Source: Vulcanimicrobiota bacterium (GTDB lineage Bacteria > Vulcanimicrobiota > Xenobia > Xenobiales > QWHO01). From it: a stretch of 64,000 nucleotides of DNA. The translations under genes and the position numbers were made by a program. Under the pieces are notes generated by a model. That model made no database searches and had not been told where the DNA came from. It saw only the letters and a program-made list of their open reading frames with translations. Shown here one piece after another: positions 40,201 through 48,763 of the stretch. The stretch's first letter is position 1; each line of letters begins with the position of its first letter. The stretch covers positions 1-64,000 of the forward strand of contig CAUJEN010000048.1 in the NCBI GenBank assembly GCA_963169765.1. The letters are read 5' to 3'.

Positions 40201-41231
40201 GCCTGGGAGAGGTGGCCGATCAGCTCTCGAGCGAGGAGCCACTGCCTTCCCGCGCTCGGGTGCTCGAGCGCCTCCAGGAGCTTGCGCCCCCGGAGAGAGC
40301 CAGCCCGTTGACGGAGGCCTCGCTGCTGCGCCTGGCCGCGGGGATGGCCAGGCAGGCGGCCCTCTCGTCCCGAGGCGAGTTCTACCCGGTCGGAATGGAG
40401 GCGCGGCGGGCCCTGCTGCTGTCGCACGGGGCGCTTCTGGGAACCTGGTCGCTCACCCCGGCCCAGCTGGCCGAGCGCGTCAAGAGCCGCTATCCCGAGG
40501 CCCGGGACCTGCCTCTGCGGCCGGAGCTGGACCGGCTGCTGGCCGACCTGGAGCTGGACTTCGTGTGGAACGAGGAGAGCGGTGGCTACCATCGTCGCTT
40601 CGGGGGCCTGAACCTCTCCACGACCACTCCCAGCGGCTCGCGCGGGCTCCTCAAGCCGACCCAGGAGCCGATCCCGCAGGCCCAGCTTCACCAGCGTCTG
40701 GCGCGGCTGGTCCGCGAGCGCTCGCCCCTGGTGGTGACCTCCCGCTCGCGGGACCTGGAGAGCGCGCAGGCTGCCCTGGTGGAGCGCTGGGCCTTTCAGC
40801 CCGTGTCCGTGGAGGCGGCCCTGCTGGCCGCCCTGGAAGAGGTCGGCCGCGAGCGCAGGATTCCCTGGGAGACCCTGCTGCGCACCGATCGGGCCGGGCC
40901 CGACCACCCGGACTGGGGCCGCCTCCTGCAGGTGGTGCGACTGGCTCTGGCCCGGGTGGAAACCGAGCTCAAGCTCCGCTCGGGGCCCGTCTTGCTCGAG
41001 CGCCTGAGCCTGCTGGCCCGCTACCAGCCGGACCTCAAACTGGTCGAGGAGCTGCTGGCGTGCAGCGGCCAGCCGGGCTGCCCCGGGCCGGTCTGGGTCC
41101 TGACGGCTGTCCGCTCGGAGGGCGAGCTGCCCAGGGTGGACGGCCGGCCGGTGCCGCTGCCGGTGGCCACGCACCCGGTTTTCTTGCCGGCCAGCTGGCT
41201 GTATGAGAAGGCCGAGGCCGCGCCGGCCTGA
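37227..41231 (+). CDS. NERD domain + tandem Ser/Thr kinase-like domains (first degenerate, second canonical) + C-terminal HhH-containing extension; PglW-like
   Basis: NERD YEIDALVLTVHGLFLVEIKSYSG; kinase 1 with HRALAPQN (catalytic Asp replaced) ; kinase 2 with LVLKV, HRDLKPANL, DFS, GTRDYLDP; GGAGGG RBS 5 nt upstream of ATG 37227. Confidence 0.85.
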   Translation: MPLDGQHWKAISPSQFPWEEEALAWLRRILDRPWALRGWSNFEVVDGQGRRYEIDALVLTVHGLFLVEIKSYSGQVLADPYQLIRRQGQGAPFVETNPLSLTNHKCRVLRSALGRNIPRLEAVLFLSHPEVHLTVKPGIPQHIYTRNTLPAFLRSAGRPVIDSATEARVVQAMKDSGISTQTRRSVFVGEYVLQTLLGEGPDWQDFLGKHRSMDHVRRVRAFSARLEDREARERAKRAAQREFRLLEWINHDGVLKPIDYKEHELGHCLIYPFYPDAARLDHFLATPELGERQGRAQRLKLWRQLADILRYAHERKLYHRALAPQNVLILSPSTESLRPLIMNWQTARASDQTTGTVHLQDLVEDQTTAYMAPEAMLYPESAAEQADLFSLGCLGYFILSGQPPASTQVELQTRLQEYPGLRLTSVLDGVLPELAELVERCTHPDLSERLDSVPEFLSRLARVEALLAGELEPAAEEIDPARAQPGDPLVGGLLFQKPLGQGGVAVAYQVQRGNETLVLKVALKAESNQLLEDEAEVLARLNDRQVVQLRQTLKVSDRRALLLSFAGPETLAERLRREGPLQLELLSRFGDDLLRLVEVLEKAGVHHRDLKPANLGVLPMGENNELRLVLFDFSLSRVPVDRLEVGTRDYLDPFLSLRRPPRWDLSAERYAAALTLYEMATGVLPRWGDGQTNPAVVACKLVLEEERFPPELRASLGGFFRRALARDASQRFDNAEELRTAFRQALESRQAEDQIGAERTDWSQVAAATPVTELGLSPAGVQALDRMGILRAGDLVALTRARLTRERGLGSRTRRELLAVRDRLLELLGQPEPEVAPGQGLEGLLAFLERAADPGEQALARVFLQPDLHWPTLQELAQALRAGPNELRRQMPRLRRTWQEVEELSPVLDQVAELLAGLGGVAVAEDVVRALLIARGSTSNQPSERQGRARALLRAALELEGLSETPRFFHQRMEGDRHLVAAQNALVPYALRLGEVADQLSSEEPLPSRARVLERLQELAPPERASPLTEASLLRLAAGMARQAALSSRGEFYPVGMEARRALLLSHGALLGTWSLTPAQLAERVKSRYPEARDLPLRPELDRLLADLELDFVWNEESGGYHRRFGGLNLSTTTPSGSRGLLKPTQEPIPQAQLHQRLARLVRERSPLVVTSRSRDLESAQAALVERWAFQPVSVEAALLAALEEVGRERRIPWETLLRTDRAGPDHPDWGRLLQVVRLALARVETELKLRSGPVLLERLSLLARYQPDLKLVEELLACSGQPGCPGPVWVLTAVRSEGELPRVDGRPVPLPVATHPVFLPASWLYEKAEAAPA

Positions 41232-41261
41232 CGTCCAACGTTGAAGGGTACGGCCACCAGT

Positions 41262-41392
41262 GGGGCGCATTGCGTCCACGGTATAAACTGGATTGGGAAG
41301 GTTTGTTTGGCAGGATACCTGTCGAATGCCGGCCCACGAGCTTTGGATCGAACACGAAGGATCGAGGTGCTCAGGTGGCGCGAGCGGATCTG
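41262..41392 (+). repeat. ~130-bp leader element (includes TATAAA box, GAGGTG RBS and first codons of the AAA+ gene), copy A; near-identical copy at 63204-63332
   Basis: Direct alignment: GGGAAGGTTTGTTTGGCAGG(G)ATACCTGTCGAA(T/G)GCCGGCCCACGAGC and GGATCGAGGTGCTCAGGTGGCGCGAGCGGATC identical in both copies. Confidence 0.85.
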
Positions 41393-42331
41393 TTACTGGA
41401 CCTGGTCAGGGCCGGGACGCAAGGGGATCAGGCGCGCTTTCGCAAGGTCGTCGAGGCCTTGATTGCGGAGGAGCGCTCGAAGCAACACCACATTCTAGCT
41501 GACCACCTGAGTGCTCAGCTTCGCGTCAACGGGAACGGGAGCAAGACCAGCGTCGCTTTTCAGCGAGCCAGCGACTATTTCACCTCATCGATACCGCAAA
41601 GGACCTTCACCGATCTGGTCCTACCCGAGCCGGTTCTGGAAGCTTGCCGCGAGATCGTCGAGGAGCACCATCGACGCGAGGTCCTTTTCTCCCACAGCCT
41701 GGAGCCGCGACATCGCATCCTGCTGACCGGCCCCCCCGGGAATGGAAAGACTAGCCTGGCGGAAGCTCTGGCCACGGAACTCATGGTGCCGTTCTATCGC
41801 CTTCGCTACGAGAAGGTGATCGGCAGCTACCTGGGCGAAACCGCGCAGCGGCTGGCCAACCTCTTCGTCGAGGCGAGGGCTCAACATTGCGTGCTGTTTC
41901 TCGACGAGTTCGAAACGCTGGGAAAGGAGCGCGGGGACGAGCACGAGACCGGTGAGATCAAGCGGGTCGTTTCGTCCTTGCTTCTGGAGGTGGATGCCCT
42001 GCCGAGCCACACGGTGATCGTCACCGCTACCAACCACCCCGAATTGCTTGACCGGGCAGTGTGGCGCCGTTTCCAGGTTCAGCTCGAGCTGCCGGCTCCG
42101 GGCCCGGCACAGATTCGCGAGTGGTGGCAACGTTATCAGGCCGCCACGGGCCTCAAGCTGAAGCGCAACATTGACAATCTGACCGAGCGCTTCCGAGGAG
42201 CAAGCTTCTCGGACCTGGAGAATTTTGGGGCAGACCTGCAGCGTCGCTTTGTCTTAAGTCTCCCCGAGGCCTCCGTGGAGACCCTTCTGAGCAAGAGACT
42301 CAAACGGTGGAAGCCCCGAAAGCAGAGCTGA
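41375..42331 (+). CDS. AAA+ ATPase (classical AAA clade)
   Basis: Walker A LLTGPPGNGKTSLA, Walker B CVLFLDEFE, sensor-1 TATN, Arg finger region RAVWRRF; no in-frame ATG, GTG at 41375 preceded by GAGGTG RBS (ORF opens with TTG at 41270). Confidence 0.8.
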   Translation: MARADLLLDLVRAGTQGDQARFRKVVEALIAEERSKQHHILADHLSAQLRVNGNGSKTSVAFQRASDYFTSSIPQRTFTDLVLPEPVLEACREIVEEHHRREVLFSHSLEPRHRILLTGPPGNGKTSLAEALATELMVPFYRLRYEKVIGSYLGETAQRLANLFVEARAQHCVLFLDEFETLGKERGDEHETGEIKRVVSSLLLEVDALPSHTVIVTATNHPELLDRAVWRRFQVQLELPAPGPAQIREWWQRYQAATGLKLKRNIDNLTERFRGASFSDLENFGADLQRRFVLSLPEASVETLLSKRLKRWKPRKQS

Positions 42332-42342
42332 GTCCGACCTGA

Positions 42343-44895
42343 ATGCCCGACGCAACCAGCCATCCCCTCCTTCTACTGCCGAGACCAACCAGCGCCGAAC
42401 GTAAAGGCAAAGGCGGCGGGGGAGCAAAGCTCGCCAAACCCTCGCGCTCCGAGCAGGCACGGCGTCTTGGGCCCGAGCTGAGGTCGCTGACCCTGGCCTT
42501 GGAGCAGAAGCGCCTGCGGCTTCAGGCGGGGGTGAGCGGCATCGTCCCGGAGGAGGTGCTGGTTCTCGAAACAGCCGGGCCGGTCCAGAATTTTCTAAAC
42601 GCCGTCCGCAAGATCGAAGAGCTGGAATGGATGGCTGAGTGGGATCGCGACTTTGAGCCCGACGAGTACTTTCAGGACGCGAAGAGTCCGGAGAAGGTCC
42701 TGGGCGGGCGTCTGTACCTCGTCCTGACCACCGATGCCGCCATCAAGGATCTCCTGGCTCTCTGGAACCTGTGGGAGAAAGGCCAGAAACTCCCGACAGG
42801 ATTTGCTCCTTGGGGCGAGGCTTTCACCCATCTCAAGACGATCCGATTCTGGAATGCGCATGATCGTATGGAGGCCACCGGCGTTCTCGAGGACTGGGAG
42901 CGTCGCATCGAGTCCGGTGCCGAGCTCGTTCCGGCCGAAGTGGAGCTGTGGTTTCGTGCCGGTCCCGAGCGGAGAGCGAGGGCTGCGGAGAGAGTGCGAA
43001 CGCTGGTCGTGGGCTGTGGGGGCCGGGTTGTCCAGGTGGCCGCCATTGAGGAAATCCATTACCATGGGCTCCTGGTGGAGATCCCCCGAAGTGAGGTTCG
43101 TCGGCTGGACGAGATCGACGAGGTCGACCTCTTCCTCTGCGAGCAGGTCCAGTTCTTCCGCCCGGTTGGTCAGATGGTCGCACCGAGCAGCGAAGAGTCC
43201 ACCCCCGACGCGACGGAGCAATTTGCTGGCGAAGTCGCGGGGGAGCCGGTAGCTGCTCTGCTCGACGGGCTGCCTCTCGAGAACCATGACGTCCTGGCGG
43301 GCCGCCTCCTCGTCGACGACCCCGATGGTTGGGCCTCGGGTTATCCGGCAGCCCGGCGCGAGCACGGAACTTGCATGGCCTCGCTCATCGTGCAGGGAGA
43401 TCTCGAGCGGCCATCGGGGGGCCTCCCCCGCCCGTTGTACGTGCGCCCCATCATGCAGCCTGTGACCGGAGACTATCCAGGTACGGGGGAGCGTTGCCCC
43501 GAAGACCAGCTCCTGGTGGACCTGGTGCATCGTGCGGTGCGGCGGATGTTCGTCGGGGATGGTGGGTCCGGCCCGGTGGCGCCCACGATCAAGGTCATCA
43601 ATTTCTCGATCGGGGATCGGGACCGTCCTTATGATCACATGATGAGCCCGCTGGCTCGATTGCTGGACTGGCTCAGCTGGGAGCACAAGGTTCTGTTTGT
43701 CGTCAGCGCCGGCAATCAGCGTCGACCTATCGATCTGGACACCACTCGGCCCGCGTTTGAGGCTCTGGCTCCACCGGCTCGCGCCGACATGATCCTTTCC
43801 AAAACAAGAGAGGAGCACATTTATCGGCGCATCCTCTCGCCGGGCGAATCGATCAATGCTCTGACGGTGGGGGCAACCTACTCGGATCATTCGAGTCCGA
43901 CCGGCGCCGGCACGGTGTTCGTACTGCCTGGCGGCATCCCGGCTCCTTACACTCGGCAGGGACCAGGCTATCGTGGGATCATCAAGCCGGACCTGGTCAT
44001 TGCGGGCGGCCGGCTTCCGTTCCGGATAGACCTTGCCGCTCACACAAAGATTCATCTGGTGGAGGGCGTGCTGGCTCCCGGGCACAAGAGCGCGGCCCCG
44101 GGCCCGGGGCCAGGCCAACGCAACCGGACGCGCTACAGCCGGGGCACCAGCAACGCCGCCGCCCTGTTGACCCGCCAGGGTGCGAGGTTTACTGAGCTCC
44201 TGGCGAGTCTCCGCCGAGACCCTGGCGGCCAACTGCTTGATGAGGTCCCCGAGAGTCTCTTTCTGAAGGTCCTGCTCGTGCACGGCGCTCGCTGGCCCGA
44301 CGAGTGCGTCAGCCTCCTCACCCGAATTTCTGGATTCGCTCCGGAGAGCAAGGAAGGGCTGACGCTGACCCGACGGTTCACCGGTTATGGCCTGCCGAAC
44401 TTCGAGCGGGTTGCCTTCTGCACAGACCAGCGGGTGACCGCGCTGAGCGGTGGCGCACTGGAGGAGGACCAGGGCCACGTTCACAGCCTGCCGCTCCCGA
44501 CGGCACTTTCTGGTCAGCGAGGAAAGCGACGTGTCACGGTCACGCTGGCCTATTTCACGCCCGTGCAACCAGGCCGGCGAGAATACTCGGTCGCCGACCT
44601 CTGGTTCAAGATCGAGAATCGCGGCGTCCTGCAGCTTGAAGGCGCTGGCGCGGATTTCTATGCCGTCGAGCGCGGTACGGTGCAGCACACCATCTTTGAG
44701 GGAGAGCGCGCCAAAGTCTTCGATGACGAGGAGAGCCTGAACATCCAGGTGTCGTGTCGATCCCAGGCGGGCCCGATCGTGGAGCCGATTCCCTATGCCC
44801 TGGCCGTCACGTTGGAGGTGGCGCCGAAGCTGAATCTTCCCATTTATTCCCAGGTCCGAGAGCGTCTGCGCCTCAGGATTCGGCCTCAAGAGTGA
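42343..44895 (+). CDS. S8 subtilisin-like serine peptidase with ~300-aa N-terminal domain of unknown function
   Basis: Catalytic motifs LLDGLP (Asp), HGTCMASLI (His), VVSAGNQ (oxyanion Asn), GTSNAAALL (Ser); starts 11 bp after AAA+ stop. Confidence 0.85.
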   Translation: MPDATSHPLLLLPRPTSAERKGKGGGGAKLAKPSRSEQARRLGPELRSLTLALEQKRLRLQAGVSGIVPEEVLVLETAGPVQNFLNAVRKIEELEWMAEWDRDFEPDEYFQDAKSPEKVLGGRLYLVLTTDAAIKDLLALWNLWEKGQKLPTGFAPWGEAFTHLKTIRFWNAHDRMEATGVLEDWERRIESGAELVPAEVELWFRAGPERRARAAERVRTLVVGCGGRVVQVAAIEEIHYHGLLVEIPRSEVRRLDEIDEVDLFLCEQVQFFRPVGQMVAPSSEESTPDATEQFAGEVAGEPVAALLDGLPLENHDVLAGRLLVDDPDGWASGYPAARREHGTCMASLIVQGDLERPSGGLPRPLYVRPIMQPVTGDYPGTGERCPEDQLLVDLVHRAVRRMFVGDGGSGPVAPTIKVINFSIGDRDRPYDHMMSPLARLLDWLSWEHKVLFVVSAGNQRRPIDLDTTRPAFEALAPPARADMILSKTREEHIYRRILSPGESINALTVGATYSDHSSPTGAGTVFVLPGGIPAPYTRQGPGYRGIIKPDLVIAGGRLPFRIDLAAHTKIHLVEGVLAPGHKSAAPGPGPGQRNRTRYSRGTSNAAALLTRQGARFTELLASLRRDPGGQLLDEVPESLFLKVLLVHGARWPDECVSLLTRISGFAPESKEGLTLTRRFTGYGLPNFERVAFCTDQRVTALSGGALEEDQGHVHSLPLPTALSGQRGKRRVTVTLAYFTPVQPGRREYSVADLWFKIENRGVLQLEGAGADFYAVERGTVQHTIFEGERAKVFDDEESLNIQVSCRSQAGPIVEPIPYALAVTLEVAPKLNLPIYSQVRERLRLRIRPQE

Positions 44896-45416
44896 TCTGA
44901 CCAAGCCCCTTCCGGCCGGGCGAGGCCGCGCCCGGGCTGCGCGAGAGGAGGCCGAGAAGAGCTTCGAAGAAAGGTGAAGTACTATCAATGTCGCCATGGA
45001 GCAAGTGGGGATGCCGTGCAGCAAAGCAGAGATTCTGAAGAGTTCCAAATTCCCGAGGGGAGGGGCTCCCGAGTGGGCAGGCTCTTGTGCTTGCCACCAG
45101 AGAAGCGAGATCTCATCCTTGCTTTGGCATCCAGCATGGCGCAAAAGCTTTACCTCCGCAGGGACGACATCAATATGGACACGTGCCGTAGCAGTCAGAA
45201 CACCGGATCGTTTTGGGCATGTGTGCTCGCGTCAGTCCGAGGGTAGTATCCTCCAAGAACGCGGACGACGGGGAAACCCCTCTGTGATTCGTTTTCCGGT
45301 GATTCTTGGCAGGAATTGCACTCTCGCCGCGAAGAGTTGCCCGTGCCGCGAGTACCTGCTTCAACTCAGAGTGTTCTGGACATATTCCAGCTTTGCCGTC
45401 AGGTCGGCACATCGCC

Positions 45417-46811
45417 ATGTTGAAGCTCCTCCCGAACCGCAAGCCTTTCCCTCGGGGCCGCCTGCTCGCTCGCAGCGCGAGGACGGGCGTCCACCAGATG
45501 CTGCGCCAGGCCAACGAACCCTATTACTGGTACCGGAACAGGGACGACTATGCTCATGACCTCGGCGCCGAAGACCTCTTCCTGGACGACCTTGGCGTCT
45601 GGTTCTTCGAGCAGTTCGACACGAGCCTTCCGGCGTTCCCGTATCTAGGGGTCGCTCTTGGCCTGCTCATGGCTCGCTGGGATGACTTGAAGTCGGCTGT
45701 CGTACCTGCCAAGCCCTTCTGGAACCGGCACTACAACAGTAAGCGCAAGGCCCACGCGGGCGAGCCTCGCTCCCTGCTCCGACTCGACCGCGCCCGGGAT
45801 GCCCTGTCTTTGTCTCTCGGGGATCGCGTCGAAGGTCCGGACGTTGAGCGCGGTTTCGACTGGCGCCTTCTCCAGGGGCGTTACGGGCCGGAGCTCTTCT
45901 GGCCCCGCTGGTTCGATTTGCCCTACGAGCGTGCCCTGTGGCGGCTCTCGCCCAACCAGGAGTTCGAGCCGTGGAGCCCCTGGCTGTTGCTGCCAGAGGA
46001 GCTGAGACGCTTCCAGGACCTCGAGTTGCCGCAGCCACCGGACCGCTCAGATACTTCCTCCGGCGTCGAGCTGCCGGAGGGTTGGTCCCCGACCGTCCCC
46101 AGCTATGAGATTCTCCCGGTCGAGTTCTCCACGCCCGACCTGCCCCTGCGGGTCGGCGCCGAGGAGAAAGACCTGGCTCGATTCGAGCTACATGTGCTGG
46201 ACCAGGGTCCCAACCCAACCTGCGTCGCTCACGCCGTCTGCACCGCGCTCGACATTCTGCGCAAGCGCAAGCCTCGCCAGCGCGACCACCAGTTCTTCGC
46301 CCCTGCCGACCTCCACATGCGCTGCGGATCGAGCTGGTCCACCGGGCGGAAGCTCTCCGCGGTGATCGACGAGCTCCGGAAGGGCTTGCCTGCTAGCCAG
46401 ACCCCGAAGAGCCGACCAAACTATGGCTCCCCCACAGTCCGCGACCTGAGCGTGCGGGATATTCCCCGACTTAAGGCCCACCTCGCTGCCGGCTGGGTGG
46501 TGGTGATAACCACTTATTTGCCGGAGGAGACCTACCGCAGCAACGCCTTCCGCGAGTTTGGAGAGCCGTTGCGCCCACTCCCCGGCCAGCAACGCCGCAC
46601 ATCCGGCCACGCCTGGGCACTGGTCGGCTACGAGCACGTGGACGGCAACCAGCAGTGGAAGTATCAGGGCCGCTTCATCGCCCTGAACAGCTGGGGCCCG
46701 GGCTTTCCGGATAGACCGCGCCTCCGTCCAGGACTGGTCTCCCTCCCGTTCTCTTTTGTCTACAGCGAAGGGATCGAGGCTTACGCCTTGCGGCTGCCAA
46801 GCTGTGAGTGA
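45417..46811 (+). CDS. Papain-like (C1 family) cysteine peptidase, cytoplasmic
   Basis: QGPNPTCVAHAVCTALD (Gln/Cys region), HAWALVGYEH (His), NSWGPGF (Asn-Ser-Trp-Gly) matching papain catalytic landmarks; no signal peptide; start among 45306/45417/45498 uncertain. Confidence 0.6.
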   Translation: MLKLLPNRKPFPRGRLLARSARTGVHQMLRQANEPYYWYRNRDDYAHDLGAEDLFLDDLGVWFFEQFDTSLPAFPYLGVALGLLMARWDDLKSAVVPAKPFWNRHYNSKRKAHAGEPRSLLRLDRARDALSLSLGDRVEGPDVERGFDWRLLQGRYGPELFWPRWFDLPYERALWRLSPNQEFEPWSPWLLLPEELRRFQDLELPQPPDRSDTSSGVELPEGWSPTVPSYEILPVEFSTPDLPLRVGAEEKDLARFELHVLDQGPNPTCVAHAVCTALDILRKRKPRQRDHQFFAPADLHMRCGSSWSTGRKLSAVIDELRKGLPASQTPKSRPNYGSPTVRDLSVRDIPRLKAHLAAGWVVVITTYLPEETYRSNAFREFGEPLRPLPGQQRRTSGHAWALVGYEHVDGNQQWKYQGRFIALNSWGPGFPDRPRLRPGLVSLPFSFVYSEGIEAYALRLPSCE

Positions 46812-46826
46812 ATTCTGGAGGTGTGG

Positions 46827-48623
46827 ATGAGCCAGGGCGGCACGTTCGAGACTAAAGAGCCCTATCTTGTGGAGCTGCTGCGCAAGATCAGCCAGGGCAG
46901 GATCCAGTTGCCCGACTTCCAGCGCGGCTGGGTCTGGGATGACGGCCACATTCGCTCGCTGCTGGCCAGCGTAACCCTGTCCTACCCCATCGGAGCCGTC
47001 ATGCTGCTCGAGACGGGCTCGGAGACGGTCCGCTTCAAACCTCGTCTCTTCGAGGGAGTTTCGCTCTCGGACGACTGCCAGCCCGAGCGCCTGGCTCTGG
47101 ACGGCCAGCAGCGGCTGACCTCCCTCTACCTGGCCATCGCCAGCGGGCAGCCCGTCCCCACGCGGACCGAGAAGCGACAGGAGGTCCAGCGGCTCTACTA
47201 CCTCGACATGGAAGCGGCTCTTGACCCGGAGCGAGACCGCGAGGAGGCCGTGGTCTCCATACCCTCCTCACGGCAGGTCACCTCCGACTTCGGACGCAAG
47301 ATCGAGCTCGATCTGAGCGAGCCGCACCACGAGTATGCCCGGCGCATGTACCCGTTTCACTGCCTGTTTGACCAGAGTGGAGCCGGCTTCCGCTGGGAGA
47401 GCGGGTATCGCGAGCACTACCAGCACAGCCCGGAATCGAGCCAGTTCCTGATGCGGTTCCAGCAGCAGATCGTGATCCCGTTCCAGCAGTACCGCATCCC
47501 GGTTATCGAGCTCCTGAAGCAGACTCCCAAGGAAGCCGTGTGCCAGGTGTTCGAGAAGGTCAATACCGGCGGTGTCAGTCTGACCGTTTTCGAGCTCGTG
47601 ACCGCCTCCTTCGCCGCCGAGGACTTCCTGCTGCGCGAGGACTGGAATGATCGGGCTGGACGCTTGCGTGAGCGCAAGGTGCTGGAATCGATCGACGCCA
47701 GTGACTTCCTGACCGCCGCGACCTTGCTCACCACCTACGAGCGCAGCCAGTCGGGCAGGGGCCCGGTGAGCTGCAAACGCAAGGACATACTCGAGCGACT
47801 AGACCTGGAGGCCTACCGCCAGACCGCCCCGCGGGTCGAGGACGGTTTCCGGCGGGCATCCGAGTTCCTGGCCACGCAAAAGGTCTACGACTCCCGCAAC
47901 CTGCCCTACAAGACGCAGCTCGTCCCGCTGGCCGTTGTCTGTGCGCTTCTGGGCATGGACTACGACCAGGACCTCGTCCGCGACAAGCTTGCTCGTTGGT
48001 ACTGGTGCGGCGTTTTCGGCGAGCTCTACGGGGGGAGCACGGATGCGCGCTTTGCCTTTGACGTGCCGGAGCTGTGCGCCTGGATTCGCCAGCCCGACGG
48101 CCCGCTGCCCCGCACGGTGCAGGAATGCAATTTCGCCCCCACCCGTCTCCTGAGCATGCAGACCGGGGGGCGGGACTTCATGAATGGGGACGACATCGCC
48201 CTTACGACCTACTTCGATCTGGCCGTGGACATCCACCACGTGTTTCCGGCGGACTACTGCAAGAAGAGCCAGCTCCCCGAGCGCCAGTGGAACAGCGCGG
48301 TCAACAAGACCCCGCTGACGTCGCGCACCAACCGACGCGTCGGGGGACACGCGCCCAGCCACTATCTGCAGAGCCTGATCGCCGCCCGTGTCGTCGACCA
48401 GGCGAAGCTCGATCCGATTCTGCGCAGCCACCTGATCGATCCCGGTTTCCTCTGGGCGGATGACTTCTCGGGATTCCTGCGCTCGCGCGCGGCTCAGCTC
48501 CTGAGCGCGATCGAGCGAGCTACCGGGAAGGAGATTCCCGGCCTCGATTCCGACGAGGTCCGCGACAGCTTTGGAGGGCCGCTCCTGCGAGCTGATCCTG
48601 CTTCCACAGCGGCCCAGGGCTGA
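46827..48623 (+). CDS. GmrSD-family type IV restriction-like nuclease (DUF262 ParB-like N-domain + DUF1524 His-Me finger C-domain)
   Basis: N-term LPDFQRGWVWD (DUF262 signature), C-term VDIHHVFPADYCKK...NKTPLTSRTNR (DUF1524/HNH-like); ATG 46827 with GGAGG RBS. Confidence 0.8.
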   Translation: MSQGGTFETKEPYLVELLRKISQGRIQLPDFQRGWVWDDGHIRSLLASVTLSYPIGAVMLLETGSETVRFKPRLFEGVSLSDDCQPERLALDGQQRLTSLYLAIASGQPVPTRTEKRQEVQRLYYLDMEAALDPERDREEAVVSIPSSRQVTSDFGRKIELDLSEPHHEYARRMYPFHCLFDQSGAGFRWESGYREHYQHSPESSQFLMRFQQQIVIPFQQYRIPVIELLKQTPKEAVCQVFEKVNTGGVSLTVFELVTASFAAEDFLLREDWNDRAGRLRERKVLESIDASDFLTAATLLTTYERSQSGRGPVSCKRKDILERLDLEAYRQTAPRVEDGFRRASEFLATQKVYDSRNLPYKTQLVPLAVVCALLGMDYDQDLVRDKLARWYWCGVFGELYGGSTDARFAFDVPELCAWIRQPDGPLPRTVQECNFAPTRLLSMQTGGRDFMNGDDIALTTYFDLAVDIHHVFPADYCKKSQLPERQWNSAVNKTPLTSRTNRRVGGHAPSHYLQSLIAARVVDQAKLDPILRSHLIDPGFLWADDFSGFLRSRAAQLLSAIERATGKEIPGLDSDEVRDSFGGPLLRADPASTAAQG

Positions 48624-48763
48624 TTCGAAGAAGCGGAGGGATTACCGGTGGCCGATACGCTGCAAGACTCGGTCGACTCCGAGGACAAGGGATTCATCGA
48701 TGACACGCGGAGTTACATCACCCAGATCCAGACAACCTCAGGGGGTACCAGAGCGGCTATCCG

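Noticed and set aside
35847-41279. 1810-aa minus-strand ORF across helicase/kinase genes
   Set aside because: Repetitive Gly/Ala/Arg/Pro composition, antisense to two genes with strong motifs
42595-45144. 849-aa minus-strand ORF antisense to S8 peptidase
   Set aside because: No motifs; S8 catalytic landmarks on + strand
44996-45559. 187-aa ORF in AT-richer gap
   Set aside because: Cys/Arg/Ser-rich implausible translation, overlaps likely C1 peptidase 5' region
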